From Escherichia coli (GTDB taxonomy: Bacteria > Pseudomonadota > Gammaproteobacteria > Enterobacterales > Enterobacteriaceae), in the NCBI RefSeq assembly GCF_003018255.1, contig NZ_CP027440.1: 64,000 bases of DNA. One strand, given 5' to 3'. Each line of letters begins with the position of its first letter. The first letter of the stretch is position 1. The notes under the pieces were generated by a model. It searched no databases, had not been told where the DNA came from, and saw only the letters and a list, made by a program, of their open reading frames with translations. Below are positions 23,730-34,054 of the stretch, in pieces. The position numbers and the translations under genes were made by a program.

Positions 23730-24436
23730 TCGAACTCGTGATTGTATCGCGTCTCCTTGAATATCCGGATGCTGCCTTATGGCAGCATCAACAAGAGATG
23801 TTTGAGGCGATTGCCGCGTCGAAAAATCTGCCAAAAGAGGATGCCCATGCGCTGGGCATTTTCCTGCGCGATTTAACGACGATGGATCCGCTCGATGCCC
23901 AGGCGCAGTACAGCGAACTGTTCGACCGTGGCCGCGCCACGTCACTGTTGCTATTTGAACATGTTCACGGTGAATCCCGTGACCGCGGCCAGGCGATGGT
24001 GGATCTGCTGGCGCAGTACGAGCAGCACGGCTTGCAGTTAAACAGCCGCGAATTGCCCGACCATCTGCCGCTGTATCTGGAGTACCTGGCGCAGCTGCCG
24101 CAAAGCGAAGCCGTGGAGGGTTTGAAAGATATTGCGCCGATTCTGGCATTGCTGAGCGCGCGTCTGCAACAGCGTGAAAGCCGTTATGCCGTGCTGTTTG
24201 ATCTGCTGCTGAAACTGGCGAATACCGCCATCGACAGCGACAAAGTGGCGGAAAAAATTGCCGATGAAGCGCGCGACGATACGCCGCAGGCGCTGGATGC
24301 AGTCTGGGAAGAAGAGCAGGTTAAATTCTTTGCTGAAAAAGGCTGCGGTGATTCAGCAATCACTGCTCATCAGCGTCGCTTTGCCGGTGCCGTCGCGCCG
24401 CAATATCTGAATATCACCACCGGAGGACAGCACTAA
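23726..24436 (+). CDS. narJ: Nitrate reductase assembly chaperone NarJ
   Basis: ORF track 236 aa; operon position. Confidence 0.93.
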   Translation: MIELVIVSRLLEYPDAALWQHQQEMFEAIAASKNLPKEDAHALGIFLRDLTTMDPLDAQAQYSELFDRGRATSLLLFEHVHGESRDRGQAMVDLLAQYEQHGLQLNSRELPDHLPLYLEYLAQLPQSEAVEGLKDIAPILALLSARLQQRESRYAVLFDLLLKLANTAIDSDKVAEKIADEARDDTPQALDAVWEEEQVKFFAEKGCGDSAITAHQRRFAGAVAPQYLNITTGGQH

Positions 24437-25113
24437 TGCAATTCCTGAATATGTTCTTCTTTGATATCTACCCGTACATAGCCGGGGCGGTCTTCCTGAT
24501 TGGTAGCTGGCTGCGTTATGACTACGGGCAGTACACCTGGCGCGCGGCGTCCAGCCAGATGCTGGATCGCAAAGGGATGAACCTGGCGTCGAACCTGTTC
24601 CATATCGGTATTCTGGGGATTTTTGTTGGTCACTTCTTCGGTATGCTGACGCCGCACTGGATGTATGAAGCCTGGCTGCCGATTGAAGTGAAACAGAAAA
24701 TGGCGATGTTTGCTGGTGGTGCCAGCGGTGTGCTGTGTCTGATTGGCGGCGTGCTGTTGCTGAAGCGTCGTCTGTTCAGCCCACGCGTGCGTGCAACCAC
24801 TACCGGAGCGGATATCCTGATCCTGTCGCTGCTCGTTATCCAGTGCGCGCTGGGCCTGTTGACCATTCCGTTCTCCGCCCAACATATGGACGGTAGCGAG
24901 ATGATGAAACTGGTTGGCTGGGCGCAGTCGGTAGTGACCTTCCACGGTGGCGCTTCTCAACACCTTGATGGTGTGGCGTTTATCTTCCGTCTGCACCTGG
25001 TGTTGGGGATGACGTTATTCCTGCTGTTCCCGTTCTCGCGTCTGGTGCACATCTGGAGCGTACCGGTGGAGTATCTGACACGTAAGTATCAGCTGGTGCG
25101 CGCTCGTCACTAA
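24436..25113 (+). CDS. narI: Respiratory nitrate reductase gamma subunit (cytochrome b)
   Basis: ORF track 225 aa, polytopic membrane protein; operon position. Confidence 0.94.
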   Translation: MQFLNMFFFDIYPYIAGAVFLIGSWLRYDYGQYTWRAASSQMLDRKGMNLASNLFHIGILGIFVGHFFGMLTPHWMYEAWLPIEVKQKMAMFAGGASGVLCLIGGVLLLKRRLFSPRVRATTTGADILILSLLVIQCALGLLTIPFSAQHMDGSEMMKLVGWAQSVVTFHGGASQHLDGVAFIFRLHLVLGMTLFLLFPFSRLVHIWSVPVEYLTRKYQLVRARH

Positions 25114-25133
25114 GCGAATTTTAGTTTGCATAG

Positions 25134-25158
25134 ACCCCGCTTCGGCGGGGTTTTTTTA
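25134..25158 (+). terminator. Rho-independent terminator of the narGHJI operon
   Basis: accccgc-ttcg-gcggggt hairpin followed by TTTTTTT, 20 nt after the narI stop. Confidence 0.85.
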
Positions 25159-25179
25159 TGGGCACGGTACGGGGTGAGT

Positions 25180-25246
25180 TGTCGGATGCGCTTCGCTTAT
25201 CCGACCTACAGGGGAGGATATTGTAGGTCCGGTAAACGCGGTGCCA
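25180..25246. repeat. REP/BIME-like palindromic element
   Basis: Nested inverted repeats gtcggat...atccgac and gacctaca...tgtaggtc typical of enterobacterial REP units. Confidence 0.45.
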
Positions 25247-25295
25247 TTGGGCAGAATTAGCTCGGAGTAACAGGTTTTGAGTATTTACAGGAAGT

Positions 25296-25475
25296 GATGG
25301 TGGTGGAGGAAGGATTACTCAGCGCTGCGCGCTTCGCCCTTCGGGTCGTTGCCTGCGGCCACGCTCTCTCGCTGGCGCTCGAGTCGAACCCTGGTCGAAG
25401 CTTCTCATCCTTCCCCGCTTGGGCAGAATATTTAATCGCGGATTCGTTTGAGAGTTCACGGACTTTTGAAAGTGA
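25296..25475 (-). repeat. tyrT-distal rtT/tpr-type repeat unit (about 180 bp) starting with a degenerate copy of the tRNA-Tyr 3' end
   Basis: Unit begins tggtggtggaggaaggatt, one mismatch from the tRNA 3' end tggtggtgggggaaggatt; lies transcriptionally downstream of the tRNA array on the minus strand. Confidence 0.55.
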
Positions 25476-25560
<85 letters not shown>

Positions 25561-25594
25561 AGGGGTAATTCAAATTTTGAGGTAATGCTTGAGA

Positions 25595-25679
<85 letters not shown>

Positions 25680-25713
25680 AGGGGTAATTCAAATTTTGAG
25701 GTAATGCTTGAGA

Positions 25714-25798
<85 letters not shown>

Positions 25799-25957
25799 AC
25801 GGGGTAATGCTTTTTACTAGCCTGCTCCCTTATCGGGAAGCGGGGCGCATCATATCAAATGACGCGCCGCTGTAAAGTGTTACGTTGAGAAAAATGAACT
25901 GGTTGCGTAATTTTCACCCGTAACGGATTAAAGGTAACCAGTTATTTTTGCTGGCGA

Positions 25958-26800
25958 TTAAAGAATAATCGTCCGATTACCGTAAACAAAGACGCGCTGC
26001 GCCAGTACTTTGTAGAGTGCGCGACTTAAGACGTTTTTCTCGACGTCACGACCTGCGCGCATCATATCTTCAGCTGTGTAGGTATGATCGACATGAATAA
26101 CGTCCTGCATGATGATTGGACCTTCGTCCAGATTGTCATTCACATAGTGAGCGGTAGCGCCAATAATCTTCACGCCACGTTCATAGGCCTGGTGATAAGG
26201 ACGTGCGCCGATAAACGCTGGCAGGAATGAATGGTGAATATTGATGATCTTATTCGGGAAGCGTGCCACAAATTCTGGCGTTAATACCCGCATATACTTC
26301 GCCAGCACCACGTAGTCAGGCTGATAAGCATCAATGGCATCCGCCATCTTTTGATCGTGCTCGTTGCGGCTTAACCCTTCATGGCTTACCAGCTCAAACG
26401 GAATATCAAAACGCTCAACCAGAGAACGTAAAGTATCGTGGTTACCAATAACTGCCGCGATTTCGACATCCAGGCCGCCGTAATTGGCTTTCATCAACAA
26501 ATCGCCAAGGCAATGCGCCTCTTTAGTGACCAGAATCACTATCCGGCGACGACCGGCAGGATTCAGCTCACGTACGGAGCCTTCTGGCAATGCGCTGTCG
26601 AGATCCGCCAGCAGGGTGGAATCATTAAAAATTCCTTCCAGTTCCGTGCGCATAAAAAAGCGCCCGGTACGGTGATCAACAAATTCATTGTTCTGTACGA
26701 TATTTAACTCGTGCTTGTAGCAAATATTGGTAATACGTGCGATCAGACCTTTTTGGTCCGGACAAATAGTACGCAGAACTTTACGTTGGAGTGAATGCAT
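25958..26800 (-). CDS. purU: Formyltetrahydrofolate deformylase
   Basis: ORF track 280 aa; K-12 synteny next to tyrT. Confidence 0.93.
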   Translation of the reverse strand: MHSLQRKVLRTICPDQKGLIARITNICYKHELNIVQNNEFVDHRTGRFFMRTELEGIFNDSTLLADLDSALPEGSVRELNPAGRRRIVILVTKEAHCLGDLLMKANYGGLDVEIAAVIGNHDTLRSLVERFDIPFELVSHEGLSRNEHDQKMADAIDAYQPDYVVLAKYMRVLTPEFVARFPNKIINIHHSFLPAFIGARPYHQAYERGVKIIGATAHYVNDNLDEGPIIMQDVIHVDHTYTAEDMMRAGRDVEKNVLSRALYKVLAQRVFVYGNRTIIL

Positions 26801-26849
26801 TGCTGGAAAAACCTTGTTGAGAGTGTTTGCTAAACCGTACCGTCAACCA

Positions 26850-27308
26850 TTATTGGCCGCAGCACTTTTTAAATTTTTTACCTGAACCACAAGGGCAGGG
26901 ATCGTTGCGGCCAAACTGCGGACGTGTACCGTCAATATAGTACCATTGACCGTTTTCTTTCAAAAATCGCGAACGTTCAATTATTGCACCTGTTTTGCTA
27001 CCTTCGGTAAATCGCGCAACAAAACTGACAAATCCGATATTGTCGACGTCCTGCCAACAATGTTCAAATACGGTCAATCCCAACCATTCAGTATGCGCAA
27101 ATCCGGCAATCAATTCGGCACGTAACGTCGCCGCTCCACAAGATGGATGCCAGGTCTTTATTAAATAATCTGCGTCTTTCATCACAAAAGCGCAGTAACG
27201 CGAACGCATGAGATGTTCTGGATCAGGTGCAACCTTTTCACCAGACACATAAGGGTGGCAACATAGGCTATACTCGACAGCACTACCACAGGGACAAAGC
27301 TGAGACAC
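26850..27308 (-). CDS. ychJ: SEC-C motif protein YchJ
   Basis: ORF track 26850..27329; start moved to GTG (plus 27306-27308, MSQLCPCGS..., 152 aa); Cys-rich motifs at both ends. Confidence 0.85.
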   Translation of the reverse strand: MSQLCPCGSAVEYSLCCHPYVSGEKVAPDPEHLMRSRYCAFVMKDADYLIKTWHPSCGAATLRAELIAGFAHTEWLGLTVFEHCWQDVDNIGFVSFVARFTEGSKTGAIIERSRFLKENGQWYYIDGTRPQFGRNDPCPCGSGKKFKKCCGQ

Positions 27309-27420
27309 AAATAATCTCCCTGGAAACAATAACGGCGTATTAACCGCCTGAGTAGCACTATGTTAACCGAGCAGTAGCGATGTTGCTACGATTGCATTCC
27401 AGGGGAATCTTGCGGGAATA

Positions 27421-28326
27421 ATGAGAAAGATAAAAATAGGGCTGGCGCTGGGATCTGGCGCGGCGAGAGGTTGGTCGCATATTGGCGTTATTAATGCGCT
27501 AAAAAAAGTGGGTATTGAAATTGATATCGTTGCAGGATGTTCAATTGGTTCGCTGGTGGGCGCTGCCTATGCATGCGATCGACTATCTGCGCTGGAAGAT
27601 TGGGTGACCTCTTTCAGTTATTGGGATGTTTTACGCCTGATGGATCTCTCCTGGCAGCGCGGTGGGTTACTGCGCGGCGAGCGTGTCTTCAATCAATATC
27701 GCGAAATAATGCCGGAAACAGAGATCGAAAATTGTTCCCGTCGCTTCGCGGCTGTTGCCACCAATTTAAGTACTGGGCGCGAATTATGGTTTACTGAAGG
27801 CGATCTCCATCTTGCTATTCGTGCATCATGCAGTATTCCAGGACTAATGGCACCCGTTGCGCATAACGGCTACTGGCTGGTTGATGGCGCTGTAGTTAAC
27901 CCAATTCCTATTTCCCTCACGCGTGCATTGGGGGCTGATATTGTGATAGCGGTCGACCTGCAGCACGATGCTCATTTGATGCAACAAGATTTGCTCTCCT
28001 TTAATGTCAGTGAAGAAAATAGCGAGAATGGTGATTCTCTGCCGTGGCATGCGCGTCTGAAAGAAAGGTTAGGCAGCATAACGACACGTCGGGCGGTGAC
28101 AGCGCCAACGGCAACAGAGATTATGACCACTTCTATCCAGGTGCTGGAGAACCGCCTTAAAAGGAACCGCATGGCAGGTGATCCGCCCGATATTCTGATT
28201 CAACCTGTTTGCCCGCAAATATCTACGCTTGATTTCCATCGCGCGCACGCTGCCATTGCGGCCGGGCAGCTGGCAGTGGAAAAGAAAATGGACGAACTTT
28301 TGCCGTTGGTACGCACCAACATTTGA
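27421..28326 (+). CDS. rssA: Patatin-like phospholipase RssA
   Basis: ORF track 301 aa; patatin motifs GCSIG (GxSxG) and DGA visible. Confidence 0.88.
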   Translation: MRKIKIGLALGSGAARGWSHIGVINALKKVGIEIDIVAGCSIGSLVGAAYACDRLSALEDWVTSFSYWDVLRLMDLSWQRGGLLRGERVFNQYREIMPETEIENCSRRFAAVATNLSTGRELWFTEGDLHLAIRASCSIPGLMAPVAHNGYWLVDGAVVNPIPISLTRALGADIVIAVDLQHDAHLMQQDLLSFNVSEENSENGDSLPWHARLKERLGSITTRRAVTAPTATEIMTTSIQVLENRLKRNRMAGDPPDILIQPVCPQISTLDFHRAHAAIAAGQLAVEKKMDELLPLVRTNI

Positions 28327-28417
28327 CCAGAATTTTTATCTACACTTAAGTTAATTCTGACAGGCGCAGGTGGCAATAGCATGCCACTATTGAGTAAAGC
28401 CAGTCAGGGGAGAGAAC

Positions 28418-29431
28418 ATGACGCAGCCATTGGTCGGAAAACAGATTCTCATTGTTGAAGATGAGCAGGTATTTCGCTCGCTTCTGGATTCGTGGTTTTC
28501 CTCATTGGGAGCGACAACGGTACTGGCGGCTGATGGGGTGGATGCCCTTGAGTTGCTGGGAGGTTTCACTCCAGACCTGATGATATGTGATATCGCGATG
28601 CCACGAATGAACGGGCTTAAACTGCTGGAGCATATACGTAACAGAGGCGACCAGACCCCAGTTCTGGTGATATCTGCCACTGAAAATATGGCAGATATTG
28701 CCAAAGCGTTACGTCTGGGCGTTGAAGATGTTTTGCTGAAACCAGTTAAAGATCTGAATCGCTTGCGCGAGATGGTTTTTGCCTGTCTCTATCCCAGCAT
28801 GTTTAATTCCCGCGTTGAGGAAGAGGAAAGGCTTTTTCGCGACTGGGATGCAATGGTTGATAACCCTGCCGCAGCGGCGAAATTATTACAGGAATTGCAA
28901 CCGCCGGTTCAGCAGGTGATTTCCCATTGCCGGGTTAATTATCGTCAATTGGTTGCCGCGGACAAACCCGGCCTGGTGCTTGATATTGCCGCACTTTCGG
29001 AAAACGATCTGGCATTTTACTGCCTTGATGTCACCCGAGCTGGACATAATGGCGTACTTGCTGCCTTGTTATTACGCGCATTGTTTAACGGATTATTACA
29101 GGAACAGCTTGCACACCAAAATCAACGTTTGCCAGAGTTGGGCGCGTTATTGAAGCAGGTAAACCATTTACTCCGTCAGGCCAATCTGCCGGGGCAGTTT
29201 CCGCTATTAGTTGGCTATTATCATCGCGAACTGAAAAATCTCATTCTGGTTTCTGCGGGTCTGAATGCGACGTTAAATACCGGCGAACACCAGGTGCAAA
29301 TCAGTAATGGTGTTCCGTTAGGCACTTTAGGTAACGCTTATTTGAATCAATTGAGCCAGCGATGCGATGCCTGGCAATGCCAAATATGGGGAACCGGTGG
29401 TCGGCTTCGCTTGATGTTGTCTGCAGAATGA
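28418..29431 (+). CDS. rssB: RpoS-degradation adaptor response regulator RssB
   Basis: ORF track 337 aa; receiver domain (ILIVEDEQ...); K-12 synteny. Confidence 0.92.
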   Translation: MTQPLVGKQILIVEDEQVFRSLLDSWFSSLGATTVLAADGVDALELLGGFTPDLMICDIAMPRMNGLKLLEHIRNRGDQTPVLVISATENMADIAKALRLGVEDVLLKPVKDLNRLREMVFACLYPSMFNSRVEEEERLFRDWDAMVDNPAAAAKLLQELQPPVQQVISHCRVNYRQLVAADKPGLVLDIAALSENDLAFYCLDVTRAGHNGVLAALLLRALFNGLLQEQLAHQNQRLPELGALLKQVNHLLRQANLPGQFPLLVGYYHRELKNLILVSAGLNATLNTGEHQVQISNGVPLGTLGNAYLNQLSQRCDAWQCQIWGTGGRLRLMLSAE

Positions 29432-29632
29432 GCAAACGATAACGCGGGCTAAATTTGCATTACCTGCTAATGTCGGCTGGTGGTACTATCGTCGCCATTC
29501 GTATAAGTAATTGTCTTAATTATGCTAACTCGCCTCCTTTTCAGAACTTAGCCCCTTCGGGGTGCTGATATACTGGGATGCGATACAGAAATATGAACAC
29601 GTTCAAAACACGAACAGTCCAGGAGAATTTAA

Positions 29633-30541
29633 ATGGCTGCCATTAATACGAAAGTCAAAAAAGCCGTTATCCCCGTTGCGGGATTAGGAACCAGGATGTT
29701 GCCGGCGACGAAAGCCATCCCGAAAGAGATGCTGCCACTTGTCGATAAGCCATTAATTCAATACGTCGTGAATGAATGTATTGCGGCTGGCATTACTGAA
29801 ATTGTGCTGGTTACTCACTCATCTAAAAACTCTATTGAAAACCACTTTGATACCAGTTTTGAACTGGAAGCAATGCTGGAAAAACGTGTAAAACGTCAAC
29901 TGCTTGATGAAGTGCAGTCTATTTGTCCGCCGCACGTGACTATTATGCAAGTTCGTCAGGGGCTGGCGAAAGGCCTGGGACATGCGGTATTGTGTGCTCA
30001 CCCGGTAGTGGGTGATGAACCTGTGGCTGTTATTTTGCCTGACGTTATTCTGGATGAATATGAATCCGATTTGTCACAGGATAACCTGGCAGAGATGATC
30101 CGCCGCTTTGATGAAACGGGTCATAGCCAGATCATGGTTGAACCGGTTGCTGATGTGACCGCATATGGCGTTGTGGATTGCAAAGGCGTTGAATTAGCGC
30201 CGGGTGAAAGCGTACCGATGGTTGGCGTGGTTGAAAAACCAAAAGCGGATGTTGCGCCGTCTAATCTCGCTATTGTGGGTCGTTACGTACTCAGCGCGGA
30301 TATTTGGCCGTTGCTGGCAAAAACCCCTCCGGGAGCTGGTGATGAAATTCAGCTCACCGACGCAATTGATATGCTGATCGAAAAAGAAACGGTTGAAGCC
30401 TATCATATGAAAGGGAAGAGCCATGACTGCGGTAATAAATTAGGTTACATGCAGGCCTTCGTTGAATACGGTATTCGTCATAACACCCTTGGCACGGAAT
30501 TTAAAGCCTGGCTTGAAGAAGAGATGGGCATTAAGAAGTAA
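29633..30541 (+). CDS. galU: UTP-glucose-1-phosphate uridylyltransferase
   Basis: ORF track 302 aa; nucleotidyltransferase N-terminus [19 protein letters not shown]. Confidence 0.95.
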
Positions 30542-30565
30542 CATCCGTATCGGTGTTATCCACGA

Positions 30566-30597
30566 AACGGCGTTGAGCAATCGACGCCGTTTTTTTA
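30566..30597 (+). terminator. Rho-independent terminator of galU
   Basis: 8-bp stem aacggcgt/acgccgtt with 10-nt loop followed by TTTTTTT. Confidence 0.75.
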
Positions 30598-30635
30598 TAG
30601 CTTATTCTTATTAAATTGTCTTAAACCGGACAATA

Positions 30636-30662
30636 AAAAATCCCGCCAATGGCGGGATTTTA
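30636..30662. terminator. Bidirectional hairpin terminator between galU and hns
   Basis: tcccgcc/ggcggga stem flanked by AAAAAA upstream and TTTT downstream; serves the hns 3' end on the minus strand. Confidence 0.65.
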
Positions 30663-30684
30663 AGCAAGTGTCATCTACAAAAGA

Positions 30685-31098
30685 TTATTGCTTGATCAGG
30701 AAATCGTCGAGGGATTTACCTTGCTCATCCATTGCTTTTTTGATTACAGCTGGAGTACGACCCTGGCCAGTCCAGGTTTTAGTTTCGCCGTTTTCGTCAA
30801 CGTAGCTATATTTTGCCGGACGCTGAGCACGTTTAGCTTTGGTGCCAGATTTAACGGCAGCAAGGCTATTCAGCAGTTCGTTCGGGTCAATACCGTCAGC
30901 GATCAGCATTTCGCGATATTGCTGCAGTTTACGAGTGCGCTCTTCAACTTCAGCAGCAGCCGCGCTTTCTTCTTCGCGACGTTCGTTAACAACAACTTCT
31001 AATTTTTCCAGCATTTCTTCCAGCGTTTCAAGTGTACATTCTCTTGCCTGCGCACGAAGAGTACGGATGTTGTTCAGAATTTTAAGTGCTTCGCTCAT
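30685..31098 (-). CDS. hns: Nucleoid-associated protein H-NS
   Basis: ORF track 137 aa [20 protein letters not shown]...; AT-rich 600-bp upstream region. Confidence 0.96.
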
Positions 31099-31701
31099 TG
31101 TAGTAATCTCAAACTTATATTGGGGTGGTTTGTTGAGGTAATAATAGAGCCTTAAATTCAGTTGTGCAATAGCCAGGAATGTAAGGAATTCAAAATTGTT
31201 CTTTATTTTGTGCCGCCAATAAATATCTTTTCATAAAATTAGCCAGAAAAGACGCGGCATATAGCCCTATTTGCGCCGATGATTTCGCAGCACGTGAGGT
31301 TAAAACTTCCTGATTCATGTCACATTTTATGGGGAGATTATCGTAGGCTGACGACCTTTCAGTCTTCTGTATTAGTCGTGTTTACAAGAATTCCCTATTA
31401 AGCGAATGATGAAAAGTAGAACAGTCGCAATAAGAGCAGGGACTTAGTATTGCACTATCTCCTGGAGGTCAACAGAGGGCTATTACTTGCGCAACAGGTT
31501 AAAGATTGTGAATAGTTACCAGCAGTCATTTACCCGCTTATAACAAGCGAGGCAGTTGTAATGATAGCTCAGAAGGATTATGCAAGGCTTCGTAAGGGAG
31601 AACGCATATACCACTTCTGTGCATACTGTTGAGCTGAAAAACTGACGAATTATGATAAACTCCAGCCAACTTTAATTCATATCATTGAGGGCCTGTGGCT
31701 G

Positions 31702-32319
31702 ATGGCACAGCTATATTTCTACTATTCCGCAATGAATGCGGGTAAGTCTACAGCATTGTTGCAATCTTCATACAATTACCAGGAACGCGGCATGCGCACT
31801 GTCGTATATACGGCAGAAATTGATGATCGCTTTGGTGCCGGGAAAGTCAGCTCGCGTATAGGTTTGTCATCGCCTGCAAAATTATTTAACCAAAATTCAT
31901 CATTATTTGATGAGATTCGTGCGGAACATGAACAGCAGGCAATTCATTGCGTACTGGTTGATGAATGCCAGTTTTTAACCAGACAACAAGTATATGAATT
32001 ATCGGAGGTTGTCGATCAACTCGATATACCCGTACTTTGTTATGGTTTACGTACCGATTTTCGAGGTGAATTATTTATTGGCAGCCAATACTTACTGGCA
32101 TGGTCCGACAAACTGGTTGAATTAAAAACCATCTGTTTTTGTGGCCGCAAAGCAAGCATGGTGCTGCGTCTTGATCAAGCAGGCAGACCTTATAACGAAG
32201 GTGAGCAGGTGGTTATTGGTGGTAATGAACGCTACGTTTCTGTATGCCGTAAACACTATAAAGAAGCGTTAGAAGTCGGCTCATTAACGGCTATTCAGGA
32301 AAGGCATCGCCACGATTAA
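31702..32319 (+). CDS. tdk: Thymidine kinase
   Basis: ORF track 205 aa; P-loop NAGKST and zinc-binding Cys pairs. Confidence 0.94.
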
Positions 32320-32587
32320 TAAGAATTTCTTTACTGACAGGGTGAGCAGGGCGCTTTTATCCTGTCAGTTCGTTTTACTCACTTTATCCGGTGTATATAC
32401 CCTTCTCGACAGTTCTTTAACGCCGCTATACCCCTCACAGAGCGCTTTTACAGTGACGTTGACTTGTGACCTGTAAAGTACAATATCGCTGTGTGTAGGC
32501 GTTATACATCGCCGTAAATATGATGCAGGCAAATGCTGTCGGTTTATGGGAAAGTTGCTTTGGGTAAAAAAAACGGCCCCAGAAGGG

Positions 32588-34013
32588 ATAATGCCAGTCA
32601 GTTAAGCAACTGACTGGCTCTTTTTCGGGGCTGTGGGGTATTTCCAGGGCCTCTCCTTTACCACTCTCGGGAAGGCACTTTCCCTTCTTGTCGGTAATTT
32701 CACAAGTTGTCCCATACTTGCAAGATCGCGCATCAGCTCCGGTATACGTCCCGGTGAAGCGCCCTGCAATGTCATCAGCATTCTCATCACCATTCCGCAT
32801 GATTCTGAGAAACTCAGTTGATTCGGCCAGTAACCTTTCAGATGTTCCGCCATTTTAATCATCTGATATCTCACCAGATTATAAGCCAGTAAGACACCCC
32901 ACAGCTCTTGCTCCACAAGCTCCGGCTTTTTACTTCTCAGCGTCAGCCTGCTCAGTTGCATCGTCTGTTTTATCTCCCTGTATCCCAGTTCGATTTCCCA
33001 GCGATGACTGTACAGATCCGCCATTTCTCCTCCGGGGAAGCGCATGGCGTCCGTCATCGACGTCAGCAGATGGCAGACTTTTCCTTTGCGCGTCACGGTC
33101 AGCAGGCGGGCTGTCACTTCATTTCCCAGTCCCGGCCACTTTTTTCGTGCCTGCGGGCTGATGTTCAGCTTCACCAGATGCTCGCCTTTACCCAGTTTTC
33201 TGATCTCTTCATATTGCGCTCCCTTTCTGAGAGGGATCATCCAGTGGCGGTGTTCTCCCGCCTGGCTCCAGGCATTTAACAGTCCTGGTGAGTAATAACC
33301 TTTATCCATTAACGTCAGAGTGTTATCGTCGGTTTGTTCTATAAGTTGCTCAGCAAGCTCATTTTCGCTGTTCTTCATCGTGCCGAAGGCTGCAGTCGTC
33401 AGCAGATGGCTGGTCAGTTCCATCTGGCAGACCATTTTGACCTGCGGGTAGAGCGCCGGGTTCCCGGCATGTGTCTGGCGGGGGAAGGCTGCATTGTTCT
33501 CTGGTGTATCCGGTGTGCGCCAGAACACACCATCGATGGCCAGCAGGGTCAGGCCGCACCAGTGCGGATGCGGCGTGGCGTTATGTCAGAGCTGCGCTGT
33601 TTTCGTGAACACGCGGCGGACAGCCTCAATTCCCAGACGCTGGCGGGTCTGAATAACGGCACTGGGGCAACGAAGGGGCGATTGCCCGGCAGCATGATGT
33701 CCAGGCGATTCACAATCTGGTGAAGAGGTTCTTTACGCTCAAGCGCCATGCCAACAATACACCAGACCATCATTTCGAGGGGAAGACGGCGCTTGCGTAG
33801 CGTTACAGTACCTGATTCGGCAAGGCAACGAGAGATGAGTTCGGGGTCGAGGTAATCCCCCAGAGAAGTCAGTGGGTTACGCAGAGAATCGTAACGGGAT
33901 ACCAGATCAAGAGCCTGTCCAATGTGCATAAAAAAATCCGGAAACAAGTGAGCGTTTCCGGATTCTTACACAGCCACTGGATCGGTCAACTGATCCTTAA
34001 CTGATCGGCATTA
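32588..34013 (-). mobile_element. IS4 insertion sequence with inactivated transposase
   Basis: Terminal imperfect inverted repeats (left taatgccagtcagttaag..., right end reverse complement taatgccgatcagttaag...), flanked by an 11-bp direct repeat ccccagaaggg (32577-32587 and 34014-34024); left boundary uncertain by 1 bp. Confidence 0.85.
32602..33929 (-). pseudogene. insZ: IS4 transposase (InsG-like), disrupted by a frameshift and an in-frame stop
   Basis: Two minus ORFs (33549..33947 and 32602..33528) together cover the IS4 transposase; the first runs out of frame after PFVAP and ends at a TGA where I recall TGG in intact IS4. Confidence 0.8.
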
Positions 34014-34054
34014 CCCCAGAAGGGGCCGTTTATGTTGCCAGACAGCGCTACTGA

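Noticed and set aside
32435-32821. 121-aa minus ORF and 62-aa + ORF at the left end of the IS4 copy
   Set aside because: They overlap the IS4 terminal repeat and the transposase 3' end; no support as independent genes.
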